A stretch of 63,817 nt of DNA, counting the filler, from Reticulomyxa filosa (lineage: Eukaryota; Protista; Foraminifera), in the NCBI GenBank assembly GCA_000512085.1. It is 13 parts of 13 records of this genome, joined end to end, with 100 filler letters (N's around TTAATTAATTAA, not from the genome) between each part and the next. Parts side by side here need not be neighbours in the genome. Positions count along the whole stretch, not along the records: positions 47,068 to 57,755 come from ASPP01013796.1; positions 57,856 to 59,384 come from ASPP01038340.1; positions 59,485 to 60,707 come from ASPP01000363.1; positions 60,808 to 62,463 come from ASPP01018319.1; positions 62,564 to 63,817 come from ASPP01027771.1; 8 more parts are not named here. One strand, 5' to 3'. A program made the position numbers and the translations under genes. Shown here one piece after another: positions 51,139 to 63,817 of the stretch. The notes under the pieces were generated by a model that was not told the origin of the DNA, did not search any database, and was given only the letters and a program-made list of their open reading frames with translations. Every line of letters begins with the position of its first letter. Within the stretch, counting starts at the first letter, position 1.

Positions 51139-52520
51139 TTAATGAGTGTCTTCTTTGAGATATTCAGAAGGCGTGGATATGACTTCCAAGTAAGCATTTG
51201 TGTTTTCCGCGACCAATGAGCGATCCGGAACAGTAGTCGATGATCCATAAATAGCTGACAAGCCCACGTAATATTTGTCAACATTTTCATTGACCACGAC
51301 AATGGCTTTTTGCAAATCCTCAACAAAGGCATCAATGGTATCGACTTGACGTTGGCCCATTTGATAGTGCAATGCAGCAGGGAATTGCAAATTCCCGACC
51401 TTTTGCATTCAATTGTATTTGTGTTTATGTTCGATACATTATGTGTATTTTTGATTTAAAAAAAAAAAACCTTCGTTTTGGATAGATTCGAGGAAGGAAA
51501 TGGGAACATATATACATATATGTATGTCACACCTGCCAATGTCCAATTTGTTTCAATGCTTCAGCTAAAGCATAGGTATGTTTGTCGCTGTCTTTGAATC
51601 GAAAGGCTACCGCAACAGCAACAGGGTTCCCAAGGATTTGGACATCATCGATTTTGCTCAGCTTTGCGCACAGCTTTTCGCATCCCTTTTGCAAGCGAAT
51701 CGACTTTTGTTGAATACTGTCATAGCCATGGAACACCAAGTTCGCCCACGCAGCTGCCCACAAGCCTCCATTACCACTGCCTTTGAACGTCGCCGTTGCA
51801 TATAGTCCACCACTCCAATCGACATAGGAATAAAATTGGTAGCGGCGCATGGCCAAGTCTCGATATAAGATTGCAGAGACACCTTTCGGGCTGCCGATTT
51901 GTTTGTGCAAGTCACAAGAGATGCTAGTCACACCTTCAACTTGAAAGTCAAAGGGTGTATCTACCAACTTGGCGTCATTGATCATTGATAGGACAAAACC
52001 ACCTTTTTTTTTTTTTTTTTTCGTATTACACATAAAAAAAAAAAGTTCAACCAATCAAAAACAAAAAAAAAAATTAAAACACACTTGAAACAAAAAAAAC
52101 CAACCTAAGCAGTTGTCCACGTGCACAGGGATTCCTCCTGCTTTCTTGGCAATTTTACAAATGCCGGGGATGTCGTCGACTACGCCGTGAGGAAAACCAG
52201 GAGCACTGCCGACCAAACAGATGGTGTTGCGGTCGACCAGTTTCTCCATAGCAGCGAGGTCGACTTGGTAGTGGGTTCGAGCTGAAACTGGCGCGATGCG
52301 AGCTTGAATGTTGAGATAAAAGCATGCCTTGTGAAAGCAGGCATGAGCAGAAGAAGGGAGCACAATGTTCCATTGCGACGTAATGTTCCGCACCTTTTCC
52401 GCGTAGTTCCGGTAACATTTCAGCGCCATAAAGATCGACTCTGTTCCACCAGATGTCAAATTGCCGGACACCGTTGACGAATGTAGCATTTTAGAGATCA
52501 TTGAGAGCTTATTTTGTTTA

Positions 52521-52583
<63 letters not shown>

Positions 52584-53266
52584 GTTATTATTATTAATTA
52601 TGAGCTATTGTCTTAGTATGAAAAAATTAAGCAAAGCAAAACAAACAAAAAAAATGGATATGTGAGATGCGGACAATTCTCAACGATTTCGATTTCGAAT
52701 TTGCGTGTGGCTGGGTACACAAACGGATACAACGTGTTCGAATGGCTAAATATCAAATACGCTTCGTCGGTCACACTGAGTTGGTCTAACCACGTTGCCA
52801 ATCTTTTGCCTTCGTTCTCTTGGTCGGGTAAAAATAGTGCATATTTCCCTCGCAAGGTTTCGTAGTAACCGCCGTGAGCTTTCCCACTTGCCAATGGCTC
52901 CTCTTCATTCTTCAATTGGAACAATAATTCTTCACGAATTTGCGCCCTTGTCAATGTCTTGTTTTTTCCTGGCAACTCTTTGAAACTATACTTTGAAGGG
53001 GACTCATTTTTTGTTATGGTGTCCACTAGTGCTTTTTTGGCTTTTGCCTGTTCCGCTGAAAGCACACTTCTCCCTCCTGGCACTGTCTTCAGCAATTTTA
53101 TTACTATCAATTGTATTAACCCCGAGAAACCGTACTTTTTCAGTTCTTTTGCAGTTGCGCTTATGATGTAAAGAGAAAGAAACGCTACGCTTATTGATGT
53201 CGATACAAAAAATGGATCTCTATCTTGGAATAGTGTATTCACCCAAGAACGAAGTAAAGCAGCCAT
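51139..53266 (-). CDS. SGPL1: Sphingosine-1-phosphate lyase (PLP-dependent), multi-exon
   Basis: N-terminal TM helix, SNTLYPFVYPATRKFEIEI, GNLTSGGTESIFMA, SAHACFHKA, GSAPGFPHGVVDDI, HVDNCLGGF, FDFQVEGVTSISCDLHK (PLP lysine), WSGGLYAT and AIYG. Confidence 0.95.
52518..52598. repeat. (TTA)n microsatellite in SGPL1 intron
   Basis: More than 20 near-perfect TTA units. Confidence 0.95.
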
Positions 53267-53797
53267 ATTCCCCAATTATTCAAAGTACTTTTTTTTACTT
53301 GTTCTCCTACTGGTGCAAAAGACACCGGTAGAAAAATAGTGCCCGTGGGAAAACGCGTACTACAAAGCAAACTTTTGAAAAGTTAAATTTTTTATTCAAT
53401 GCAAGAATTTGTTGATATTTTATGCACAATCAAAGATTAAATTTGATGTAAAAGTGCTTTGCATCAGCTCTAGAAGAATATACAAACAAAAGCAAAATGT
53501 TTTAATTATACAGGAAGAATGAAAATTTAGCTATAAAAGTTTACTTTAAATAAGGAATAAAATAAATCAAAAAAGAAATCACAACCTTTTAAGTTTTTTT
53601 CCAAATGTAATTTGAGATATAAAAAAATACTCGTTTTAAATCTTTTTATGTATATGTGGAATAAATTTTAATAAAAGTTACTTCAATCCTTTTTATAGTA
53701 TTTGTATTTAAGCGATTAGTTAATGTTTAAAATTAGGTAAACACAGCCAGACACGCTCGTCAGCAAAGTTCCTTTTTTTTTTTACAGTAATTTGTTG

Positions 53798-55559
53798 ATG
53801 TCGAGAATCATGCTTGCTTCATTGGAGAATAACTTTCGTCAAGGCTTATCTTTGCTAAGTTGAGCTTGGTTTGTTTTTTTTACTTTTATTTTTTTGATCT
53901 TATGTTTCTGTTGTCAAAAAAAAAAAAACAACGTGTATGTCGTTTGCTACTACTATTCGTACGGATTGTTTGAAAAGAAAAGAATCAGCTAATAAATGCC
54001 CAAAAACAGAACTTTGGAAGCAAAACCCAGAGCAAAATTCAGAGCCACGTCCTTGGCAAAAAAATTTTTACGTGGGGTCAACTGCAAGGTGCATCTTTAG
54101 GATTCGGAGATAAAGACAAAGACTCTTCAGTGCCGTTGACGTTTCCAACCCTTGACAATTCTGGATACCGTGACATTAGTGTCGGCGTAAATCACACTGC
54201 CATCGTTACAGGAACGCCATAAGTTTTTCATTTTTATTTTTGTGTATTTTATTTTATTTTTGCACAGGAAAAAAAAAAGGAAGGGGGAGGGGGGAGGAAA
54301 AAAAAGGGAGGGGTGATGGAAGTGAGAATTGAGAGAGAGAGAGGGAGAGAAACAGTGTCTAAGAGAGAACAAGAGAGAGTAGTTTCTATGTGTGCTAAAG
54401 TAAGAATGTGTAATTTGTCAGAAATTTCCAGAAATTTCTGTGAACAAGCGATTATAAGGGGAAGGGATAAGAAATATTTTGCATATTATATAATAATATA
54501 GCAACATATGTACATATCATTATATACGTATGTGTATGTTGTGATGACGACGCGTTGCAACAGGCAAAGGTGATTTATACATGTTTGGAAAATCGAATTA
54601 TGGACAGTGTGGAGTAGCGCCGAAGGCGATGACAGGAATAGAAAAAGTGTTCGAATATATGGGAATGGGGAATAACAATCAGTCAACAGTGAGCACGCCC
54701 GTGAAAGTGAATCTGTCGAACGTGGTGAAAGTGTCCTGCGGGATGTGGCATACGTGCGCGATAACGGAAGACGGGAAGTTGTATAGCTGGGGCTGGGGAC
54801 ATGCGTTGGGCCATAAAAACATAAAAAGAGGACGTGTCGTCGCCGAAAGTAGTGGAGACGATGCAAGATGAAATAGTTGTGGATGTGTCGTGTGGCGAGC
54901 GCCATACGTTGATGTTGACGCAGGATGGGAGACCGTTTGCATGTGGCGAAGGCCAACATGGTCGACTAGGCACGGGGTATATTCGAACCCACAAAACACC
55001 TGTGTTTTTGGAGTTTTTCACTCAAATCAAGGCGAAACGAGTGTTCGCCGCAAAAGAGTTTAGCTTTGTGCTGAGTCAGGATGGCATTCCTTTCGGCTTT
55101 GGACGCAATGAGAGAATCCAACTTGGCACTGGAGGCAATTTGGCCGCTGATATATACAGCTGCGATTCCACGCCCGGCGAAGTCAGTGTCGATCGAATTG
55201 TGGATATGTCCTTGTCCAGTAATGATGTCTTGTGTGTTGATGATGAAGGCAATGTGTACAATTGGGGTGATCGCGTCTATCTCGAACCTACCAAAATCAA
55301 CGAAGAGAGGTTCCAAGATGAAAAACCCTCGGGCAAAATCATTCAAACTGCTGTGGGAAATTCTTTTATGATGTTTTTAACCGACAAAGGAGAACTCTTT
55401 AGTTGCAACAAAAAAACTGGAATCCAATCTGATATTTACACTCTCGGGCATGGAGCCACTAACCCTTTTCGAATCGCCAAACGGGTTCAAGCCCTACGCT
55501 CTGAGTTTGTTGTCAAAGTGTCCGCATCAGATACACGTGTTGCTGTTATTGTCAGGTAA
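53798..55559 (+). CDS. RCC1-repeat beta-propeller protein, possibly mitochondria-targeted (probable homopolymer frameshift ~54825)
   Basis: IFTWG, ISVGVNHTAIVT, LYMFGKSNYGQCG, VSCGMWHTCAITEDGKLYSWG, VSCGERHTLMLT and GEGQHGRLG. N-terminus MSRIMLASL..FRQGLSLL is presequence-like. Confidence 0.88.
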
Positions 55560-56180
55560 CACTTTTTTTTTAACGCTGCCAAACTATCGGCAAACTTAAA
55601 AAGTGGGTCCCCCTACTCTTCTTATTACAATATTTTGCACTAATTTTAAATGCAAACTATTGATTGCGCTCTTAAAACTTTTAATCTTAAAAAAAATACA
55701 TCTATTTTGCACGATACTTATCTCGCTCTTGAAACTTAACTTTAAAAAGCATTAACTCAAACATTTAAGGGACCAATTCTTATTTTTTGAAAAGTTTTTA
55801 TGGTCGAAACAAAATGATCAAAATGGAGCAAATTACAAATAAATGCATTACATTTTTAAAAAATGAGACATGAGTCTTGCCATAATTTCACACTGAAAGT
55901 GCGATTGAAATTCAAAGTAATGTTGTTTATTTTTAAATGTTATTAAAGATCTAATGGATATTGCAATAATGGTGACGTCTATTTCTGCACTACGCAGAGG
56001 AATTACTAATGTGTAAATGTCAATACAAAAGAAAAAAAGGAACCAGTAATTTGCATTTTATAAGCCTTTATTCTTTGATATGTACATTTTATATTCAAAA
56101 ACAAACCAAGACCAAAACTCTGCACCTTCTTCTTCTTTTTTTTTAATCAAAAACAAGGCTTAACAAGAAGAAACATGAAC

Positions 56181-57650
56181 CTATACAGTTTTGACAGTTT
56201 CCTTTTCTTTTAAGTTTTTGACAAAAGCCTTGTATTCAGGGGTATCGCGGAAACGTAGATAAGAGTCCTTCATTAATTTCCACAGATCTTTTCTGGTATT
56301 TTCAACCAAATTCAAGACTTTCAAAGCGCCTTTATAATTGACTTTGCGCGAGCGTGTAGTGGAGTCTTTGGAAGAGATCGATATCGAATGTACTTGATTT
56401 TCTTCCAGACCAAGTACGGCATGTGTCTCTGTTTCCACTAAACGAAAGCAAAGCAACAGTAAAGAAAACAATTACAATGTAAAACAATAATATATCTCAC
56501 TTGGAGAGATGTCATCAAAGGAAGGGAGGAGGGGGGGGGGGGGAGGGAGGAAGAGAGTATGAAGGAAAAAAAAACCTTTATCAGTATCACGTAGAGCAGG
56601 AATTTGTTGTGGGTCAAAATTATCAATTTTGCAATCGTCTTTGTTATTGACGATCTCATTCCACTCGCGGTGGTACGAAGAACTGATATTGACTTGATAT
56701 TGGGATGCGTCTCGGATGTACCGATTGTGTAGGTATCGCACATGTTCATACAGCGTAAGATCGGTATGGACAATTGTAGAGTCGGGTAAAAAAGGGAAGC
56801 CATTGACAAAGTCTTTATTCATTGTCCAGCCAAGAAATTTCTCGTCATCGTCGATTGACGAAGCTCTGTGAACACGAGGTTCATTGGTATCACCCCTGAG
56901 GAAACAGAACAGTAACAACAAATAAAAAAAAGCATATACATATATGTACATCAATATAAATATGAATATATTTATTTATTTCCAAACTCACATGGAGGTA
57001 CTATGCGCTAAGGTTAGGTTGTCAACCGCCTTGCTCATTTCCTTGACAAGTGAAGTGCCAATTCTTTGAAGCACAGTTGCCTCATTGCTAGAATTGCTTT
57101 GCTTTGAAATGGCTTGAGTCATTTGAGCAATTGAGCTAGTGGAGGACATTTTACTCAATACTACCTTCTTGAACTCATTTCGCCACTTCCGTAAAAATTG
57201 CGTGCATTCGACGTAGCACAAAAGTAATTTTCTTTTTTTTTTTTTTTTTTTTTAAAAAAAAATAACAACAACAAACAATATCACATATTATTTATTGATA
57301 CTACGTTACATACATATATATATATATAATACATAAAAGCATACAAGGACATTATAGATACCAGTGGAAAACTCTCCAACAAGCATTTCCATGAACAGTT
57401 CGAATCCATCTTCACTAGACACAAAGACGGCCAAAGGGACCTTTTGTTCGGTCATTTCAGTTTCGCTAATTTTGTTAGCCTGGGCTGCAGTCAACGCTTG
57501 GATCAACCACCCGGTCTGAATATAGTTGACCCCTAAGAATAGCCACTCGAAGACAATGCCCGACGTCAGTGTCGTGAACTTATACGCTTGTGCACCGCTG
57601 CGACCAATGCCAAATACCAGCAATTGCACCATTGCATAGCAAAACGCATA
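56181..57650 (-). CDS. Second TM-RGS protein (N-terminal TM part truncated)
   Basis: Last TM helices, then GFELFMEMLVGEFST|ENLLCYVECTQF, RYIRDASQYQVNIS and DLWKLMKDSYLRF. Confidence 0.85.
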
Positions 57651-58559
57651 CCTTTTTTTTTTTTTTTTAAAAAAAAAAAGTACTTTGATTCGATATAGCA
57701 TTCACTTCCAACCAACACCAAAAAAAAAAATAAATTTTCTTTTTTTTTGTATTGTNNNNNNNNNNNNNNNNNNNNNNNNNNNNNNNNNNNNNNNNNNNNT
57801 TAATTAATTAANNNNNNNNNNNNNNNNNNNNNNNNNNNNNNNNNNNNNNNNNNNNGCATTGACTATGTTTTAGTCTACCTTTTCTTTTTAAATTAAAAAA
57901 GTTAGTGTTTTTCCATCGTGTGAATACCTGCGGAATTGATCAGTGTATATACTGACCATAAAATATAATACGACAAAATGAACGTTGTAATAGGATTCAT
58001 GATTTGAGCGTAGACTTCCAGATAAGATATACACGATGAATCTTTGGTCATGTTCTTTCGCAAACTAGTAGCAATACAAATAAGCATTCAAATTTCAAAG
58101 TTAATAAATTGGGCATACAATAAAATGGGGTTTGCGTAGCAGTTGTTGAACTGAATTTCCTAGTTTCCGTTTTACAGTCGACATGATTACATCCGCAAAA
58201 GGTTACTTTTTAAGAAATAAAAAGAAAACTTCAATGAAAGCAGTTTTTTATTCAAACTTTTAAAATAAGAGTATATTTAATGAAAAATAGCAACTCACAA
58301 TTTAAATAATCTGTACAAAGATGAAAGAAAAAATAACAATTGTGCATGCACAAAGTAAAAAAAAAAGACAAGCTATTATGAAATTAATCCTAACATAGTT
58401 TCAAACAAGGCAGTTTGTTGCAACTGCGTCCCGTTCAAGTGACTATTTGAAAACAGATGAACATATAGGAAAACTCGCAAGATAGTGATCAAGTGTTACA
58501 AAATAATGTTGCCCTGTACAACATAAAATAAAGCAAAACAAAACGATCTGAAAGATGGA

Positions 58560-59384
58560 AATGGATTTGCATATACGGTATTAGAGCAGTTTGAGGACTT
58601 AAAGTGTGCAGGAGATGGTCATGTGTGCATAGCAAAATAAAGATTGACAGCGATGAAAAACGAGACAATTACCGGCTTGGCTGTTGGGGAGTGGGATCAT
58701 GTGCAAATGTGGCAATCGAAGTAAAAAAACACGAGGCATGGCCACAGCAACAGAAACAAGCCATTTGTGGTCGCAATTGATTGTTTGGTCCATTTTCTTG
58801 TTCCTTTTTATTGGTCAATGCATCAGACCCTCTCAGTTTTGTTTTTTTTTTAAATTCTTCTTGTTTTTTTTTTTTAATGTACATTTTGTTTGCAGGGAAA
58901 GTATACGTATATGTTTTTTTTTAAAAAAAAAAGAAGCTAAAATGGAGATGTAAAGAGGATAGCAGTTGCAATGAAGTAGAATTGATTTGTAATGGAAGAT
59001 GTGAGATGCAATGTGACAACGCAAGATGCACATTTGAAAGGTATGAGTGTAACCCCGGAAAGAATTGTATACAAGACTTTGACAGTGACGCCCCAAAGCA
59101 AAGTCAGTTTTGGAAAAGCCAGCAATTTGAATCAAAGGACGAGAAGAAAAAGGGAACAAACAAAATTCTGATAATAATACCGACTCCAAGGCCATCAAAA
59201 TTGCCAACTCAACGGCCAACAACAAAATCCCCGACTCCAAAGCAAAACCCAACAACGAGAGTTCCAACTGCATCTTCATCTCGACCTCCTACTTTGCACC
59301 TTAGTGTTGCTCCCACCTCTTCCCCATCTGCATCACCGATCCCTTCTCTAATTCTATCCCGAGTTCCGTCGTCATCTCTCACTC
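58560..59384 (+). CDS. Fragment of a Cys-rich extracellular protein with a Pro/Thr/Ser stalk
   Basis: CNGRCEMQCDNARCTFERYECNPGKNC followed by PTPRPS..PTQRPTTKSPT..PT repeats. Exon structure uncertain. Confidence 0.5.
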
Positions 59385-60005
59385 NNNNNNNNNNNNNNNN
59401 NNNNNNNNNNNNNNNNNNNNNNNNNNNNTTAATTAATTAANNNNNNNNNNNNNNNNNNNNNNNNNNNNNNNNNNNNNNNNNNNNACACATAACATTAAAC
59501 AAATGAATTATTATTGTCATTGTACTTTTGATTTGTTTTTTTGTTGACAGTTATGCAAGTTCAACATTTCTGAATAGTACAGCTTACACATTAATTAAAT
59601 TTGTTTTGAAAAGATTATCAATGCAGAAATTAATTGCTAAAAAATTCCAAAAGCAGTTGCAATAATGAAAAGAACAAAACACTACTTTGACATCAATATT
59701 TACAAGTTATGAAAAAAGTTCTTAGTAACCCTTTTTGTGTTTCTTCCCTTGTCTAACCGTTTTTGTAAATTCATGAAGATCCATCAAAAGCTTTTAACGA
59801 CATACCTTGTGTAAGAAATCAGAAAAAATAATTGAAATTTACAATTAATAATACCGATAACCATATTCTTTTTTTCAAAAACAAATTAAAAAATACCAAA
59901 AAATAAACTTATGCCTTTGGTTCAAGAGCCCCAAAGAGTTCCCTAAAGTTTTAAGATATACTTTACTATCTCATTTTTTCCATTTTTATAATCCAGATTG
60001 TCATT

Positions 60006-60690
60006 ATGGTATTAAAAACATTATCTGTCGCTGTATTCTTTTGCAAAAAAAAAGTAAGTGTAGTATGGCTTCAAAAAAAGGGAGTGACGGAAAATTTTAA
60101 AAACTAGGCACAGAGTAACAAGGAAAAGGGTGTTGCAGCTAAAATCTTGGTGATTGGAGATGTGTGCACGGGTAAAACGTCACTAATTCAGCGTTATGTT
60201 TACAGAGCCTTTCCTGAAAATCATCACGCGTCACTAGGAGTGGACTTTGCACTGAAACGCGTGCGAGTGGAAGATACGTTGCTGAACGTGCAGCTATGGG
60301 ATATTGCTGGTAACAAGAAGAAAAAAAAAAAAGAGGGAGGGGAAATTGACTTTTAAAAAAAAAAAAAAAAAATGCTTAATTAAGTGATAAATACAAACAC
60401 GAACTACAAAGGACAAGAAAGATTCATTGGCATGGCACCCACTTATTATAAGCACGAAGTAGCAGCAATCGTTGTGTTCGATATCACACAGAAAGATACA
60501 CTAAACGGAGCGAAAAAATGGAAAATGGATGTCGACGAAAAGGTGTTTCTTCGAACAGGCCAGAATATACCCGTCGTCCTGCTAGCGAACAAATGGGACT
60601 TGATTGAAGAAAACGAAAACCTTCGTTGTGCCAGTGACGAAGATGTGGACGCTTTTTGTGAACAATATCACTTTGTTGGATGGTTAACAT
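60006..60690 (+). CDS. Rab GTPase of the Rab32/38/Rab7L1 type (3' end truncated)
   Basis: GDVCTGKTS, LGVDFALK, WDIAG|QERF (WDIAGQE is the Rab32/38/29 hallmark) and VLLANKWD. Introns 60009-60107 and ~60310-60411. Confidence 0.88.
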
Positions 60691-60807
60691 TTTTTTTTTT
60701 TTTTTTTNNNNNNNNNNNNNNNNNNNNNNNNNNNNNNNNNNNNNNNNNNNNTTAATTAATTAANNNNNNNNNNNNNNNNNNNNNNNNNNNNNNNNNNNNN
60801 NNNNNNN

Positions 60808-61632
60808 GCCAGCTGTGCTCTGATTTGTGCCAGTTCAGCATGGAGCTGTTGTTGCTCGGCTTGTGCTGCTGCTTGTTCAGTAGCCCGTGTATCGGCATGT
60901 TCCCGCGCATGTTCCTGTTCGGTAAAGGTCTGCATCGTATTGACGATAATGGCGATAAACAGGTTCAGCATGGTAAAGGTGGCGATCAGGATAAAAGGCA
61001 CAAAAAACAGCCAGGCGTACGGGAACTGCTCCATCACCGGCCGCGAGATGCCCATCGACCAGCTTTCCAGGGTCATCACCTGAAATAGCGTATAAAACGA
61101 AGCGCCAAGTGAGCCAAACCATTCGGGGGAACGCGGCGCCAAACAGCTTGGTGGCGATCACGGCAAATACGTAATAAATCAGCAACAGCACCATCGCAAT
61201 AGAGCCAAGCCCCGGCAGCGAGCCGAGCAGAGCCGACACCACCCGCCGCATCGATGGCACAATCGTCAGGATCCGCAGCACCCGCAACACCCGCAGTGCC
61301 CGCAGCACGGAGAATTGGCCGGTCGCCGGCAATAACGCGATAGCCACCACGCTGAAGTCAAATAAACTCCAGGGATCGCGGAAAAATGCCAGCCGGTAGG
61401 CGTAGATCCTAAGCAGTAATTCCAGCACAAAGATACCGAGCAGGGCTTTATCCAGCGTTAAAATCAACTCGCCAAATTGCGCCATCAGGCTGGCTGAGGT
61501 TTCCATGCCCAACAACACCGCGTTGATGATGATCAGCGTCAGAATGGTGTATTGAAAGCGTTTTTGTTCAATAAACTGTTGCAGCTTCGTGCTGGCGGGC
61601 TGGTCTGTTAACCCGGTGGTGGTCTGGCTCAT
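60808..61632 (-). CDS. Bacterial voltage-gated sodium channel-type ion transporter (BacNav); 1-nt frameshift ~61127
   Basis: S4 [23 protein letters not shown], pore [30 protein letters not shown] and a C-terminal coiled coil. Intronless and GC-rich. Confidence 0.93.
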
Positions 61633-61825
61633 GCTCGTTTCCCTCTGCTCAAACGGCGGCATTGTAGCCGAGCTGGTGTTGATGCGCAGCCATCACCATC
61701 AGCGCTACTAGCCACAAGAGTGCCGGCAAACCCTTGACTGGCCTGGGGTTCAGGTTTTAGCTGATATTTTGCCAGTTATTAACGAGTCAACGCCGGGCCC
61801 CTATTTGCTGCATTTGTTTGCAGCA

Positions 61826-62463
61826 TTACGGACCGCAGCAGGTAGGGCGTTGCTGGCGATACAGCCAGCCGGCCGCGCCCAGCAATAACACCGCAGCTAA
61901 TAAAAATACCTGCAACATTCCTTGTTGCAGTTGAGCGGCACTGGCTTGCTGCAGCATGGTGCTGCCGCTGGCCAGCGCAAATAACGCACCCAGCAGGGCC
62001 GCACCGCTCAGCTGGCCCGATTTCGGCCAGATGTAATAAGCCGGATACCACACCGCGCTCACCGGCGGCTGCTTGCGCCATCACCGCGCTGTTATTAGCA
62101 CTTTGAAAGGTGGCATAACCCAGGGTTAGCAACCAAAGTCCGGTCAGATAGCCGGCACTGGCATAACTGGTCGGCAGAGTGGCCAGTAACAGTGCGCCCA
62201 GGCCCATCAGCAACAAGGTACTGAGCAGCACCTGGCGGATGGCAAAACGTTGCACGATCACACTGACCGGCCAGGCTAGCATGGCGGTGATCAGCGGCCC
62301 GCTGGCCATCACCAGCCCGACTTGCCACGGCTGCAAGCGCAACGCCTGGCTCAGATAAAACGGCCCAACCACCAGGGTGGCCATCATGACTGACATCACG
62401 ACAAAATTCAGCATAAAGCCCTGTCGCAAGGCTGCTTGTTTAAACAGTGCCAGCGGCACCAAT
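61826..62463 (-). CDS. Bacterial MFS (DHA2/EmrB-like) transporter, C-terminal part; frameshift ~62025
   Basis: LVVGPFYLSQALRL..VGLVMASGP, FQSANNSAVM..ERGVVSGLL and GQLSGAALLGALF. Confidence 0.85.
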
Positions 62464-62563
62464 NNNNNNNNNNNNNNNNNNNNNNNNNNNNNNNNNNNNN
62501 NNNNNNNTTAATTAATTAANNNNNNNNNNNNNNNNNNNNNNNNNNNNNNNNNNNNNNNNNNNN

Positions 62564-63112
62564 GCCACGTGCAGTCTCAAAGAAAATTACTCGATTTTAC
62601 GTGTGTATAGCGACTTTTCCAGTTGCGAGTCTTTTCCTGCCACAGATGTCAATTCCAGGACTTTTAAAGATTATATCGTGGTCACCGACCAATGCTTGGT
62701 TATTAATACTTCTTCTTCTTCTTCTTCTGTTATTACTATGTTGAATACATGTGATGAGACCAATGCTGCCTTGCTTGTGTATACGTATAATAATGATGCC
62801 TGCAGTGGTGACCCCGTGACCACACAATCTTATGGTGGATGCCAGTCCGCTGCTGACCAATTCTTCTATTTCGAACTCATGCAATGCAACACTCGGTCTC
62901 TCTTCACCTCTGCACAGTCGTCTGATTCTAAACACTTCCCTGCTTGGGCCATTGCTGTCATTGTCGTCGTTGCTATTGCTTGCTTCGCTTGCTCTTATCT
63001 TGTTGCTCGCACCAGTCGACAAATGGGGGAGTGCTTGCCTGACACCAATACCGAAACCTTAAAGTTTAATAACACTGAATTTTCCAATTCTGCTAACGAT
63101 ACTTTGGCTTAG
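62564..63112 (+). CDS. C-terminal part of a type I membrane protein with Cys-containing ectodomain
   Basis: Repeated xYxxxxC-S/T..QC motifs, TM helix WAIAVIVVVAIACFACSYLVA and a short cytosolic tail. Confidence 0.6.
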   Translation, partial: ATCSLKENYSILRVYSDFSSCESFPATDVNSRTFKDYIVVTDQCLVINTSSSSSSVITMLNTCDETNAALLVYTYNNDACSGDPVTTQSYGGCQSAADQFFYFELMQCNTRSLFTSAQSSDSKHFPAWAIAVIVVVAIACFACSYLVARTSRQMGECLPDTNTETLKFNNTEFSNSANDTLA

Positions 63113-63817
63113 TAAAGGCCACTTCAAGTAATTATATAAATCTTCGCAATAATGCACCCCCCCCCTTTTTTTTTAATGGCTTTTGCGAATACCACTTGGC
63201 ATTCGCGCTTTTCATTTAGTTACCTGCTTCTTAGGGTCCTTTGCACAAATTACCAAAACTTAAATGTATACATTTAAGGCAAACAAAAAATAGTGGGCTG
63301 ACAGCACTTTTGAATATTGTTTTGCTTTGTTTTTTTTTTTTATCACGGAATGTTCTTTCATCGATTATTATCTGAGTTGTAAGCTTTTCGCTCTGTGAAA
63401 AAAAAAACTGTCTCGTTGGTGTCGTTTGTCATAGCAGATTCACTTTCTAGAGATTATTGTTCAGTTTTGTCCAGAGAAACAAGACCAAATTTATGTATCG
63501 TATTTTTTTTGGCAAACATTCTGATTCGATTTTTAGTTCTTTTTTTCAGTAGCCATAAAAAAAGGGAATGGAAAAAAAAGTCAAAAAAAGGAATATCGAC
63601 AAGCTCTATATTATTGAATGAGTATTTGAAAATTTTTTTTTGTGAGTTGTATGAAATAAACAACAGTGCTGTTTAGTCTCAAGCTTGAAGAACCCCTTTA
63701 GTTTTTTAAAAGAAGGGGAGTTTGTGAGTTCTTTTTTTTTTTGTTCGTTCGGTTTTTTTTTAGTGTCCTTTAATTGTTTTTTTTACAAATAAAATGAGAG
63801 AAGTTCTCACAATTGAA

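Noticed and set aside
61728-61763. Imperfect dyad with TTGACT resembling a MerR-family operator/promoter
   Set aside because: The spacer is not the 19 bp expected, and the promoter would point antisense into the MFS gene end.

Overview
This window is not one locus. It is 13 unrelated contigs joined by 12 artificial 100-nt spacers (N44-TTAATTAATTAA-N44). Twelve contigs are AT-rich, mostly intron-rich eukaryotic DNA. An EFL-type elongation factor, a Kelch/WD40 gene, 7TM-RGS genes and poly(A/T)-rich short introns point to a foraminiferan such as Reticulomyxa filosa (inference). Recognisable genes: CLK/LAMMER-like kinase (3' part), BBS9, UBA1, eIF3L, an ABCG half-transporter, Kelch+WD40, a kinase fragment, gamma carbonic anhydrase (3' part), two TM-RGS proteins, a HAS1/DDX18 helicase, a GH38 alpha-mannosidase, a STAND-like NTPase, a BTB-like protein, sphingosine-1-phosphate lyase, an RCC1-repeat protein and a Rab32/38-type GTPase. 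There are also a decayed LINE, actin and EFL pseudogenes, and one GC-rich bacterial contig (BacNav-type channel plus MFS transporter). Several genes carry single-base frameshifts in homopolymers, probably sequencing errors. The most unusual items are: (1) a Pol III tRNA-like gene whose anticodon loop is replaced by a 42-nt hairpin; (2) a (GA)n-bounded, intronless 2.1-kb ORF with an internally duplicated domain and an RRM-like region, possibly a microsatellite-targeted element; (3) two H-type-lectin-like domains inserted into the GH38 mannosidase; (4) a Cys/His-rich module fused to a STAND NTPase with a degenerate Walker A; (5) a motif RGGGTCWGT about 55-70 nt upstream of four unrelated start codons; (6) a candidate GA-AG intron. 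Exon boundaries were read by eye and are approximate.
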